From Eledone cirrhosa (Eukaryota): a stretch of 64,000 nt of DNA. Position 1 is the first letter of the stretch. Each line of letters starts with the position of its first letter. The stretch is from assembly GCA_964016885.1 (NCBI GenBank), contig OZ024742.1:343542001-343606000 (forward strand), in the 5' to 3' direction. The translations under genes were made by a program, and so were the position numbers. Below the pieces are notes generated by a model that made no database searches, had not been told where the DNA came from, and saw only the letters and a list, made by a program, of their open reading frames with translations. Shown here one piece after another: positions 15,001-27,630 of the stretch.

Positions 15001-18000
15001 TTCCAGTAGAGAGATATATTTAGGGAATAGATGTAGTGTTACTGTCTTCCAGTAGAGATATATTTAGGGAATAGATGTAGTGTTACTGTCTTCCAGTAGA
15101 GAGATATATTTAGGGAATAGATGTCGTGTTACTGTCTTCCAGTAGAGATATATTTAGGGAATAGATGTAGTGTTACTGTCTTCCAGTTGAGAGAGATATT
15201 TAATGAATAGATGTAGTGTTAATTTTTTTGCAGTAGAGATACAATTAGGGAATAGATGTAGTGTTACTGTTTTCCAGTAGAGACATATTTAGGGAATAGA
15301 TGTAGTGTTACTGTCTTCCAGTAGAGACATATTTAGGGAATAGATGTAGTGTTACTGTTTTCCAATAGAGACATATTTAGGGAATAGATGTAGTGTTACT
15401 GTCTTCCAATAAAGAGATATATTTAGGGAATAGATGTAGTGTTACTGTCTTCCAGTAGAGAGATATATTTAGGGAATAGATGTCGTGTTACTGTCTTCCA
15501 GTAGAGATACATTTAGGGAATAGATGTAGTGTTACTGTCTTCCAATAGAGAGATATATTTAGAGAATAGATGTAGTGTTACTGTCTTCCAGTAGAGATAT
15601 ATTTAGGGAATAGATGTAGTGTTACTGTTTTCTAGTAGAGACATATTTAGGGAATAGATGTAGTGTTACTGTCTTCCAGTAGAGACATATTTAGGGAATA
15701 GATGTAGTGTTACTGTTTTCCAATAGAGACATATTTAGGGAATAGATGTAGTGTTACTGTCTTCCAATAAAGAGATATATTTAGGGAATAGATCTAGTGT
15801 TACTGTCTTCCAGTAGAGAGATATATTTAGGGAATAGATGTAGTGTTACTGTCTTCCAGTAGAGATATATTTAGGGAATAGATGTAGTGTTACTGTTTTC
15901 CAGTAGAGACATATTTAGGGAATAGATGTAGTGTTACTGTCTTCCAATAAAGAGATATATTTAGGGAATAGATGTAGTGTTACTGGCTTCCAGTAGAGAT
16001 ATATTTAGGGAATAGATGTAGTGTTACTGTATTCCAGTAGAGACATATTTAGGGAATAGATGTAGTGTTACTGTCTTCCAATAAAGAGATATATTTAGGG
16101 AATAGATGTAGTGTTACTGTATTCCAGTAGAGACATATTTAGGGAATAGATGTAGTGTTACTGTCTTCCAATAAAGAGATATATTTAGGGAATAGATGTA
16201 GTGTTACTGTCTTCCAGTAGATATATATTTAGGGAATAGATGTAGTGTTACTGTCTTCCAGTAGAGAGATATATTTAGGGAATAGATGTAGTGTTACTGT
16301 CTTCCAGTAGAGATATATTTAGGGAATAGATGTAGTGTTACTCTCTTCCAGTAGAGATATATTTAGGGAATAGATGTAGTGTTACTGTCTTCCAGTTGAG
16401 AGATATATTTAGGGAATAGATGTAGTGTTACTGTCTTCCAATAAAGAGAGATATTTAGGGAATAGATGTAGTGTTACTGTCTTCCAGTATAGATATATTT
16501 AGGGAATAGATGTAGTGTTACTGTTTTCCAATAAAGAGAGACATTTAGGGAATAGATGTAGTGTTACTGTCTTCCACTATATATATATTTAGGGAATAGA
16601 TGTAGCGTTACTGTCTTCCAGTAGAGATATATTTAGGGAATAGATGAAGTGTTAGTGTCTTCCAGTAGAGAGATATATTTAGGAAATAGATGTAGTGTTA
16701 CTCTCTTCCAATAGAGAGATATTTAGGAAATAGATGTACAGTAGTGTTACTGTTTTCCAATAAAGAGAGATATTTAGGGAATAGATGTAGTGTTACTGTC
16801 TTCCAGTAGAGAGATATTTAGGGAATCGATGTAGTGTTACTGTCTTCCAGTAGAGTTATTTAGGGAATAGATGTAGTGTTACTGTCTTCCAGTAGAGAGA
16901 TATCTTTAGGAAATAGATGTAGTGTTACTCTCTTCCAATAGAGAGATATATTTAGGAAATAGATGTAGTGTTTCTGTCTTCCAGTAGAGATATATTTAGG
17001 GAATAGATGTAGTGTTACTGTCTTCCAGTAGAGAGATATATTTAGGGAATAGATGTAGTGTTACTGTCTTCCAATAAAGAGATATATTTAGGGAATAGAT
17101 GTAGTGTTACTGTCTTCCAGTAGAGAGATATTTAGGGAATAGATGTAGTGTTACTGTCTTCCAGTAGAGAGATATATTTAGGAAATAGATGTAGTGTTAC
17201 TGTCTTCCAGTAGAGAGATATATTTAGGGAATAGATGTAGTGTTACTGTCTTCCTGTAGAGAGATATATTTAGGGAATAGATGTAGTGTTACTGTCTTCC
17301 AGTAGAGATATATTTAGGGAATATATGTAGTGTTACTGTCTTCCAGTAGAGATATATTTAGGGAATAGATGTAGTGTTACTGTATTCCAGTAGAGAGATA
17401 TATTTAGGGAATAGATGTAGTGTCACTGTCTTCCAATAAAGAGATATTTAGGGAATAGATGTAGTGTTACTGTCTTCCAGTAGAGAGATATATTTAGGGA
17501 ATAGATGTAGTGTTACTGTCTTCCAGTAGAGAGATATATTTAGGGAATAGATGTAGTGTTACTGTCTTCCAGTAGAGAGATATATTTAGGGAATAGATGT
17601 AGTGTTACTGTCTTCCAGTAGTTAGATATATTTAGGGAATAGATGTAGTGTTACTGTATTCCAGTAGAGACATATTTAGGGAATAGATGTAGTGTTACTG
17701 TATTCCAGTAGAGACATATTTAGTGAATAGATGTAGTGTTACTGTCTTCCAGTAGAGATATATTTAGGGAATAGATGTAGTGTTACTGTATTCCAGTAGA
17801 GACATATTTAGGGAATAGATGTAGTGTTACTGTCTTCCAATAAAGAGATATATTTAGGGAATAGATGTAGTGTTACTGTCTTCCAGTAGAGATATATTTA
17901 GGGAATAGATGTAGTGTTACTGTCTTCCAGTAGAGATATATTTAGGGAATAGATGTAGTGTTACTGTATTCCAGTAGAGACATATTTAGGGAATAGATGT

Positions 18001-19684
18001 AGTGTTACTGTCTTCCAATAAAGAGATATATTTAGGGAATAGATGTAATGTTACTGTCTTCCAGTAGAGATATATTTAGGGAATAGATGTAGTGTTACTG
18101 TCTTCCAATAAAGAGAGATATTTAGGGAATAGATGTAGTGTTACTGTCTTCCAGTATAGATATATTTAGGGAATAGATGTAGTGTTACTGTTTTCCAATA
18201 AAGAGAGATATTTAGGGAATAGATGTAGTGTTACTGTCTTCCAGTATATATATATTTAGGGAATAGATGTAGCGTTACTGTCTTCCAGTAGAGATATATT
18301 TAGGGAATAGATGAAGTGTTAGTGTCTTCCAGTAGAGAGATATATTTAGGAAATAGATGTAGTGTTACTCTCTTCCAATAGAGAGATATTTAGGAAATAG
18401 ATGTACAGTAGTGTTACTGTTTTCCAATAAAGAGAGATATTTAGGGAATAGATGTAGTGTTACTGTCTTCCAGTAGAGAGATATTTAGGGAATCGATGTA
18501 GTGTTACTGTCTTCCAGTAGAGAGTTATTTAGGGAATAGATGTAGTGTTACTGTCTTCCAGTAGAGAGATATATTTAGGAAATAGATGTAGTGTTACTCT
18601 CTTCCAATAGAGAGATATATTTAGGAAATAGATGTAGTGTTTCTGTCTTCCAGTAGAGATATATTTAGGGAATAGATGTAGTGTTACTGTCTTCCAGTAG
18701 AGAGATATATTTAGGGAATAGATGTAGTGTTACTGTCTTCCAATAAAGAGATATATTTAGGGAATAGATGTAGTGTTACTGTCTTCCAGTAGAAAGATAT
18801 TTAGGGAATAGATGTAGTGTTACTGTCTTCCAGTAGAGAGATATATTTAGGAAATAGATGTAGTGTTACTGTCTTCCAGTAGAGAGATATATTTAGGGAA
18901 TAGATGTTGTGTTACTGTCTTCCAGTAGAGATATATTTAGGGAATATATGTAGTGTTACTGTCTTCCAGTAGAGATATATTTAGGGAACAGATGTAGTGT
19001 TACTGTATTCCAGTAGAGAGATATATTTAGGGAATAGATGTAGTGTCACTGTCTTCCAATAAACAGATATTTAGGGAATAGATGTAGTGTTACTGTCTTC
19101 CAGTAGAGAGATATATTTAGGGAATAGATGTAGTGTTACTGTCTTCCAGTAGAGATATATTTAGGGAATAGATGTAGTGTTACTGTCTTCCAGTAGAGAG
19201 ATATATTTGGGGAATAGATGTAGTGTTACTGTCTTCCAGTAGTGAGATATATTTAGGGAATAGATGTAGTGTTACTGTATTCCAGTAGAGACATATTTAG
19301 GGAATAGATGTAGTGTTACTGTATTCCAGTAGAGACATATTTAGTGAATAGATGTAGTGTTACTGTCTTCCAGTTGAGATATATTTAGGGAATAGATGTA
19401 GTGTTACTGGTTTCCAATAAAGAGAGATATTTAGGGAATAGATGTAGTGTTACTGTCTTCCAGTAGAGATATATTTAGGGAATAGATGTAGTGTTACTGT
19501 CTTCCAGTAGAGATATATTTAGGGAATAGATGTAGTGTTACTGTCTTCCAGTAGAGATATATTTAGGGAATAGATGTAGTGTTACTGTCTTCCAATAAAG
19601 AGAGATATTTAGGGAATAGACGTAGTGTTACTGTTTTCCAGTAGAGATATATTTAGGGAATAGATGTATATTTAGTGTTACTGT
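1..19684. repeat. Tandem satellite, 44-46-bp monomer (TAGAGAGATATATTTAGGGAATAGATGTAGTGTTACTGTCTTCCAG), roughly 430 copies, runs off the left edge
   Basis: Monomer read directly. Length variants come from GA/TA slippage, recurrent diagnostic variants define higher-order blocks, and there are no unique spacers. Confidence 0.98.
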
Positions 19685-20479
19685 TCACTCTCTGTAACGA
19701 TACAAAGTAGCAATGGGGAGAAAAATTCAGTCGGTCCATGAAATACTATAACTTACTTACTTGTGGTGGTATTCACCTGGGCAGGGTTGAGCCGGCTCCA
19801 TTTAAGGAATTCACGGGGTTAGTTTATTTCAATGGAGTTTCTTTGGGCGATTAGTTTCATAAGCTGTGAAGTATATGCATTTTACAATAGTGCAGCCCAA
19901 GCATTGCATCGGTTATAGCACCGAGTTCTCGCTTTCTCACCCGACTCCATTTGGTGGAGCCAGTATCGTGACGGGGACACAGAGGTGATAAATACAACTT
20001 ACTTGAGCCATTTTGTAGGCCAGCAGGGGCTCACCCCAGTTCTGGCACACTGACCTTCGATACTACTACAACTATTGTCCAACTGTACTGCTCTTTCCTA
20101 CTTATCACAAATAATATGTACATATATTTATTAAATATTTATTTTTCTTATATTTCCCAGCCCTCCATACTATCAAAGAACCTAATAACTGGGCCAATCC
20201 AGCTGTCAACACACAGATCCTGTCTCCACACCCAAAAGGATATTAAATAACAATAATTTCACAAAAAGTCTAATAAAATCCATTAGCTGTTTAAAGGTTT
20301 AATAAAATCCATCAGCTGTTTGTTGTTTATTTTTTGTACTATTTCTTAGTGAATATGAACTAGACTTAAAACAGTAAAAGTCTACAACTGTCGTATACAT
20401 TTTTAGCAGGTAGATTTCATATAAAGAAGCAAACTCAACCTCACATACATACATGTTGGGCCTCTATCGACTTGATGAC

Positions 20480-20770
20480 TTGATGACAAATATTCTTGTT
20501 CAAATAATGGAGCAGCCTGTGATATTAAATTGCATGTGGCTGAGCATTCCACAGGCACGTGCACTCTTAACGTAGGTGTCAGTGAGATTCGCCACAATGT
20601 ATTGTAACAAAGATTTTTTTTAATTATGGGGTTGACCTATTTTTCCAGCTGAGTGGACTAAAGTAAAATGAAATAAAAAGTCTTGCTCAAGGACATAACT
20701 TTCCACAGGGGATTGAACTCCTTACAGTCATGAATCAAACGCCCTAATCACTAAAAAGTGTGCCTTCAAA
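20480..20770 (-). mobile_element. tRNA-derived SINE, degenerate
   Basis: Minus strand has a tRNA-like head (GAAGGCACAC...GAGTTCAATCCC) and GTCCTTGAGCAAGAC...TTTATTTCA, shared with 23409-23612. Confidence 0.6.
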
Positions 20771-20778
20771 TATACATG

Positions 20779-21118
20779 CATCATCAATGTTTTTATGCCC
20801 ATTTTCCCATGCTTGCATGGGTTAGAAGGGTCCTTTTCAGAACAACATCTCTCAATTCCTCCCTTTGTCATCTCCTCTGCCAGTCATAAAGATTTGAGGT
20901 CAGCTCTCACATCTGCTCAGGTCTTTCTTGGTTTTCCTCTAGCGCAGCTTACTTCCACTGGGATTTTCTGGCATTTCTTCTCCCAGCAGTCATTATCCAT
21001 GTGCATCACATGTCCATACCAACGCAGTCTTCTCTCCTACACACCAACTCGGATTCCTCTTAAAACCAGCTTCTCATCCAAGCTCTGCCTTTCTCTCACA
21101 TGTACATAACACATCCAA
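20779..21118 (-). mobile_element. RTE-clade LINE 3' fragment
   Basis: Homologous to 22258-22600 (CATCACATGTCCATACCAACGCA = LRWYGHVM on minus). Has the CCCATGCAAGCATGG hairpin and (GAT)n tail. Confidence 0.8.
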
Positions 21119-21749
21119 TAAAGCATGGTTGCTTTATTTCTCGCATATCTGTTTGAATTAAGTCGCTCATTGGTGCTACTGATAAGATGTAATCAAGTAA
21201 AACCTGTAACATGGTCAACCTCATGTGAACTAAAGTCTTGTGAGAGATATTTGGTAGATGATAACTGCAGAAATGTGATGCCAAGAGTTGAGAGGACTCT
21301 TTAATTACATCACAGACATGATAATCTCCCTAGAGATGATGATATAAAAAATGCTGCCATTACGCTCTGTAAAGAGATTGGCATTAGGAAGATCATCTGG
21401 CCATAGAAAGTTGTTCGACACAATAGTTGAGGGCACAACAACTTTCCTAACACTGCTGCCACAAAATATGCCCCCAGTACACTCTGTAAAATAGTGTTAC
21501 TAAGGGCATCCATCAATAGAAATCTTGTCAAACATAGGCACTTCAGTTGTGTCAAGGGCAAGAGACCCTCTCTAGTGTTGATGACACAATAGAATACACC
21601 CAGTATTCTGTGTAAAGTGTAGGAATATATGTAAGCGACATGCAGCCTCTGGCCCATCTGTTAAGATACTGGCCCCAGTTGTGTGTTGAGTGTTCCATGA
21701 CAACATCTGATGAAATAAGAAAGCAGTCAGAAAAACTTTATTAGATCCC

Positions 21750-22200
21750 GCCGTGTATCCAAAATCACCGTCTTCACCACGGTGGGCTTGCCGGGTTAGT
21801 TGGCGACCACCCCTACCATGCACAGATCATACGGGATTACATGTTACCAGTAGCGTTGAAGAGCGACCTGACATACATACATACATGATGGCTTCCCCCC
21901 CTCGTTATCGAGTATGGCCATTGCACGATATACCATTATTAATAATTATTAATTAATTCTATCGTGCAATGCCTGAGCGTGAATATTTTTTTAAAGTGAG
22001 GAAAGACTGTGCACTGAGCCAATCCCACTCTCTGAGCGACAGTAGCTATAACCCGAAAAGAAGAAAAGATCAACATCATCAGTAACTACTGAGCAGCAGG
22101 TTTTATGTCGGAGTTAACCCAGTTTCCTGAGTTACCTTCTCCTAGACGAATGCCCTGACAAAGGCTAGGGGTCCTTCACTAACAGTGGTTTAACCGCGCG
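21750..22200 (-). repeat. Dispersed repeat resembling an RTE 5' UTR / non-autonomous RTE derivative, copy 1
   Basis: Aligns by eye with 25975-26465 (GCAATGCCTG..., CCCACTCTC, CCTTCTCCTAGA...TGACAAAGGCTA). Confidence 0.5.
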
Positions 22201-22257
22201 ATTACGTATTCAGCCTGATTATTTCTAATCTCTCCGTGCATTATATATATATATATA

Positions 22258-23408
22258 TCATCATCATCATCATCACTGTTTTATGTCCGTTCTTCCATGC
22301 TAGCATGGGTTAGACGGGTTGTCCTGTTGTGGGCAGTGTCTGGTCGGCTGACCATGCCTTGCTCATACAGGAACAGATTTTGGCTTGATTTCTAGTGTTT
22401 GACTTGATTTCTTTTATCACCTCATCCCAGGTCTTCTTGGGTCTCCCCACTCCGCGGTTTCCATTGACTTCTAGTGGTCTGCACCTTTTTATGCAGCTGT
22501 CATCCTTCATACGCATCACATGTCCATACCAACGCAACCGCCTCTCCTGCACACAGCATTTGATTCCTCTTATGCTCAGTCTCTCTCCCAATTCATTTAT
22601 GCTTTGTCGTTCACGTATATTACTATTACACATCCATCGGAGAATGCAGGCTTTGTTTCTTTCTAATCTACGTAAGTCTTCCACCTTCAGCGCCCAGGTC
22701 TCACTACCTTGTAACATTGTTGTTCGGATACACGCATCATACAGTCTGCCTTTCATTTTGAGGGAGAAGCATTTTGCAGCTAGCAGTGGCAGTAGTTCCC
22801 TGAACTTCTTCCATCCCGTTGTTACCCAGTTATTGTACTTTCTGAACACCCACCTCCACTGCTAATTCGGTCACCTAGGTAACAGAAGCTGTCTACTGTT
22901 TCTACAGAGCCCTCCCAGAGATTGGTGGTACTTGTTTCCTGTGGCTGTTTGCTGCTTGCTGTCCCAGCACAGCTGCTGCATGTGAAGCCTACTTTCTTTA
23001 TTAAGCTTCCTGAGATCCCGCTACATCTCTTGTGTACCCATTGTTTGCATTTGGGGCAGAGAATGGAGTTCCTACCTACACCTTTCCTACATACTGAGCA
23101 AGGCCATTTCCCCGAGGGGATCTGGGTTCTGTTTTTTCGTCTACTTACAAGGACCTTAGTCTTTGTCATGTTGACTTTGAGACCCTTTCTTTCTAGTCCC
23201 TGCTTCCAAGTTTGGAATTTCTTCTCTAGTTCTACCATAGATTCAGCTATGAGTGCGAGGTCATCAGCATACAGGAGTTCCCATGGGCATCCGGTCTTAA
23301 ACTCCTCCGTTATTGCCTGCAGGACTATGATGAACAGGAGAGGGCTAAGAAGAGAGCCCTGGTGGACACCAACCTGCACGCTAAATTCCTCGCTATACTC
23401 ATTGCTAT
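22258..23408 (-). mobile_element. 5'-truncated RTE-clade LINE (RT C-terminal half with PHD-like insert), frameshifted
   Basis: Motifs GVHQGSLLSPLLF, LLYADDL, GLKVNxxKTK, C4HC3 insert, VDSFCYLG, RRLRWYGHVMR, GRPKKTW. Frameshift near 22830; (GAT)n tail. Confidence 0.9.
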
Positions 23409-23612
23409 CCAGTCGATCGACCTTCGTCAAATCGAACCGCGAAAACAATGTTTCCATTGGTCTCTCCAATTCTAACTCAAATCCAGGTAGAAGAAGCACC
23501 ATGAAATAAAGTGTCTTGCCCAAGGACATAACGCAGCGCCCGGTCCAGAAATAGTACTCACAACTCAACTATTGCGAATCTAACTCTCTAACCACTCAGC
23601 CACACGCCTTCA
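23409..23612 (-). mobile_element. tRNA-derived SINE head abutting the RTE 5' truncation
   Basis: GAAGGCGTGTGGCTGAGTGGTTAGAG (A-box-like) ... GTCCTTGGGCAAGACACTTTATTTCA on minus. Confidence 0.7.
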
Positions 23613-23869
23613 CACACATATATGCGCGCGCGCGCGTGTGTGTGCATATGTATGTATGTGTGTGGGTATTTATACAACCACTTCACGTGTAATTCTTGAA
23701 GTGAAAATGACTGTTGAAACAAATATTGTTACATTTTGGCACAATCATGATGCCAATAAACACACACATACACACACAAACAAACCCACACAGACATACA
23801 CACACAGACTTACACACTCATACCCATACATATTATTATATTTTACAAGATTCTTTCTACCAATGAAAA

Positions 23870-24076
23870 ACAAAACACACACACTAGTTTCATTTCAGTT
23901 TTATTATTAGTCAGGTAAGCAATCCATCCTTGGGTTAGTTTCGTAACCAGATGGTTATATAATTGTCAAAGTTATATTGTCACACATTCTGTGACCTTTT
24001 CAAAGACTAATTTGGGATTTTGTCTCTCTTCTTAGTTTTGACTTTGTTCTGGTTACTCCATCTTGTCTTCCTGTGG

Positions 24077-24117
<41 letters not shown>

Positions 24118-24146
24118 TTTCTGAATTTGTTTAACAAAGTATAACA
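23870..24146 (-). mobile_element. Old degenerate pseudo-LTR piece of the PLE family at 41.4-51 kb
   Basis: GTCACACATTCTGTGACC hairpin and TCGTTTCTGAATTTGTTTA match that family; the hammerhead core has decayed. Confidence 0.6.
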
Positions 24147-24160
24147 ATATATATATATAT

Positions 24161-25363
24161 ATCCCATCTGGGAAATGGCCATGCTCGGTGTGTAGGAAAG
24201 GCGTAGGTAGAAACTCCATTTTATGTCCTAAATGCAAAGTATGGGTGCATAAAAGATGTAGTGGGATCACAGGTAAGCTAACTAAGAACATAGATTTTAC
24301 ATGTGGCCGGTGTTCTGGTGCAATAAGTAGCAGCAAGTGCCCACAAAATACTAGCTCTTTCAATTGCGCAGAGGGTTCTATAGAAATAGTGGACAGCTTC
24401 CGTTACCTGGGCGATAAAATCAGCAGTGGGGGAGGGTGCTCTGAAAGTACTGTAGCTAGAGTCAGAACTGGTTGGAAAAAGTTCAGAGAGCTTATACCAC
24501 TATTAGCTGCTAAAGGGTTCTCCCTAAAAATGAAAGGCAGGTTGTACGATGCCTGCATACGAACAGCAATGCTGCATGGCAGTGAGACCTGGGCATTGTG
24601 TGCAGAGGATATACGCAGACTAGAGAGGAACGAAGCTTGCATGCTCCGCTGGATGTGTAACAGTAATATACGTGAACGGCAAAGCATAAACGAACTAAGG
24701 AAAAAATTAGAGATAAGAGGGATCAGATGTTGTTTACTCGAGAGAAGGCTACGTTGGTATGGTCACGTGATGCGCATGAAAGTCGATAGCTGTATAACAA
24801 AGTGAAGGGCAATAAAGATAGACGGTAGTCACGGAATAGGCAGACCTAGAAAAACCTGGTACGAGCTGATAAACTCCGACATCACACACTTACACCTCTC
24901 CAAGACAATGTCACTGGACCGAGACCTTTGGCGGTACTCAGTAACAGAGAAGACCCGCCTTACCTAAATATATAGTAAAACCTACTCCAGCCAGTAGGCA
25001 TCTCTAACAAAATACACCCCGTCCCACCACCCCCACCCCCACCCCATCCACACCACCCCGTTCTATGTAAAGTTATGTTGGTGCCGCGCCATCCAGGCCG
25101 AAACAAATGAGATCGTGTAGGTGTCACGACAAAAAAAAACACAGTCCACGCTGTAATGTGGCCGTGTAGGCAACACGGTAAAAACCTCCCAGACCCACAC
25201 TGTAAATGTGGTTGGTGTTAGGAAGGGCATCCAACTGTAGAAAACCTGCCAGACAGTCCTATGCGAGCAAGACAATCACTCTTGCCTCAAGTGGGACTAC
25301 CCCCGTCCAAACCCATGCAAGCGTGGAACACGGACGTTAAACGTTGATGATGATGATGATGAT
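24161..25363 (+). mobile_element. 5'-truncated RTE-clade LINE with PHD-like insert, 3' UTR and (GAT)n tail
   Basis: ORF 24188-24805 is paralogous to the 22.3-23.4 kb copy. In-frame stop then GRPRKTW; tail CCCATGCAAGCGTGG...(GAT)n. Confidence 0.9.
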
Positions 25364-25537
25364 GATATATATATAATATATTTAGAAACACACAGATACA
25401 TGCGGACACACACATATACATGAATGCATCCACACCCAACCGTGAGTTAAGGGTGCCAACCTCACCGATGTTGCTCAATGAATGACTGGGACAGCCCAAT
25501 CCGGTTGAACCAGACTGAACCAGTATCAGAGTTAAAA

Positions 25538-25810
25538 ATACATTATGAAGAGAGAAGAAACATTTAGATATAATTAGTAATAAAATGTATCATACCAAAA
25601 CTGCTCCTAGATTCCTCGACTACGTAGTTTCGTGGCATAAACAAAAACAATACATCATAAAGATATAGAGTCCTTGCGAGGTCTGCCGACTTATCAAGAG
25701 GATTTGTTTATGCCACGAAACTACGTAGTCGAGGAATCTAGGAGCAGTTTAGGTATGATACATTTTATTACTAATTATATCTAAATGTTTCTTCTCTCTT
25801 CATAATGTAT
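25538..25810. mobile_element. Fold-back mini-element (about 107-bp near-perfect arms), likely a PLE pseudo-LTR remnant with 5' inversion
   Basis: 25538-25645 is the reverse complement of 25703-25810 (one mismatch seen). Ends in TA-rich sequence and carries a hammerhead. Confidence 0.8.
25612..25702 (-). ncRNA. Minimal type-I hammerhead ribozyme, U3-A8 variant
   Basis: UCCUC-UUGAUAA-GUCGGCA...UGCCAC-GAAA-CUACGUAG-UC^GAGGA: helix I pairs, helix III is palindromic, GUC site. Confidence 0.8.
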
Positions 25811-25974
25811 ATATATATATATATATATGTCTGTTTTTATGCACGTATATACATATATATATGTGTGTATACACACTCATATATATATATATGGATGTAC
25901 AAATCTCTATCTATCTATCTATCTATCTATATATATATATATATATATATACATATATATAGTCATATATATAT

Positions 25975-26465
25975 GGTGGCTGCCAACTCGTTTTCAAGTA
26001 TGCCCACTACTTTATATCCATGTAGGAGAACCCCTACCGATGCGCTGAACGAGTGTGACTTTTTAGTCCAGCCAGCGACTTGAAAACTCTGGTACAAACA
26101 CTACACTTGTGACAATTATTGACACATAGTGCTGGGCCCATGGTACCATGTGATGACAAGTGCAGAGAGATCTCCAGATATAAAGCAATGCCTGTGCCGT
26201 GAAGCTTTTATAGTGAGCAAAGGCACTGCACAAAGTCAGTCCCACTCTCTTAGCCAAGATGATATTTACCAAAAAGAAGAACAAGTCAACATCATTGGAT
26301 ACCATCAGGGTTGCAGGTGTTATATCAGAGTTTTCCTTCTCCTAGAATTCTGCCTTGACAAAGGCTAAAGGGTCATCTCTTCCGGTGATTTTGGAGCTCC
26401 TTTGCCCTTTGACAGGCTTTGTTTTAAGTCCTGCAGGATGTCCAAAGTCACCTTCCTCACCAAGA
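25975..26465 (-). repeat. Dispersed RTE-5'-UTR-like repeat, copy 2
   Basis: Diverged match to 21750-22200. Confidence 0.5.
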
Positions 26466-26852
26466 AACCTTGGTATATATACATATATATATACAAACAT
26501 AGATGTATATATACATATATACTTGGCTTATTTTAAGGTTTAAGCCTGTCTACGGAACAGGTTTGATTTTGAAATTTAAATTTGTCCAAGCACTACGGCC
26601 ATTGCCAATACAATTTGTTTTTGTTGATTTATGATGTATTATCTTAAGTCATGATAGGCAAACTGTAATATTATTATTAGTATATTTCTATCTAGCTAAC
26701 TTGGTCATTTACAATACAAACACAAATATGAGGATATTTGTGTTTATCAAATATATTGATTTGTGTTAACCTATATTACACGGCTCAGAATAGTCTTTCT
26801 TCGAGCTATTTCATTGTAAATGATCGCCTGAGATTTGAACTCATTATTATTG

Positions 26853-26887
<35 letters not shown>

Positions 26888-26890
26888 ATG

Positions 26891-26940
<50 letters not shown>

Positions 26941-27021
26941 TATATGTATATTATATATGTATATTATATATATATATGTATATTATATATATATATGTAT
27001 ATTATATACATATATATATAT

Positions 27022-27053
<32 letters not shown>

Positions 27054-27167
27054 ATATATATTATATATATATATATTATATATATATATATATATTATAT
27101 ATATATATATATTATATATATATATATATATTATATATATATATATATATTATATATATATATATAT

Positions 27168-27199
<32 letters not shown>

Positions 27200-27211
27200 A
27201 TTATATATATA

Positions 27212-27298
<87 letters not shown>

Positions 27299-27305
27299 AT
27301 GTATA
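26853..27305. repeat. Interrupted (TA)n microsatellite, left target of the Naiad PLE
   Basis: Direct reading. Confidence 0.95.
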
Positions 27306-27630
27306 GAGAGAGATTACAGTAATCAAAGTTCAGTTTAAGTCATTTATTTGCTTACAATTGTTTCCTCCAAACCGAGGTTTGGATTATTCGGAGCAGCTAT
27401 TTATAACATACTTGACCTCCTTTTCAACCCAAGAGACACATAAAACATATGCGCATATTGATCAACAGTGGGGTGACACTCATCAAATGAAATAGCATGG
27501 CAATTTACATATAAAATGTTACATGATAAAAATAAAATAAAATAAAAGCAAGAGTGAAAATAAGAGTGAAAATAAAGATAAACATGAAGCGTTGGCAGTC
27601 TATGAGGATAAAGCAAGAGGAAAGCTTAGA

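Noticed and set aside
1-19684. CRISPR array or tandem hammerhead satellite
   Set aside because: No unique spacers or cas genes. The minus-strand CTGGAAGA has no downstream GAAA/NUH, so it is not a hammerhead.
22395-23509. Plus-strand ORFs of 156 and 195 aa (and minus-strand ORFs over the Naiad and CRE elements)
   Set aside because: Antisense shadows of retroelement coding sequence.
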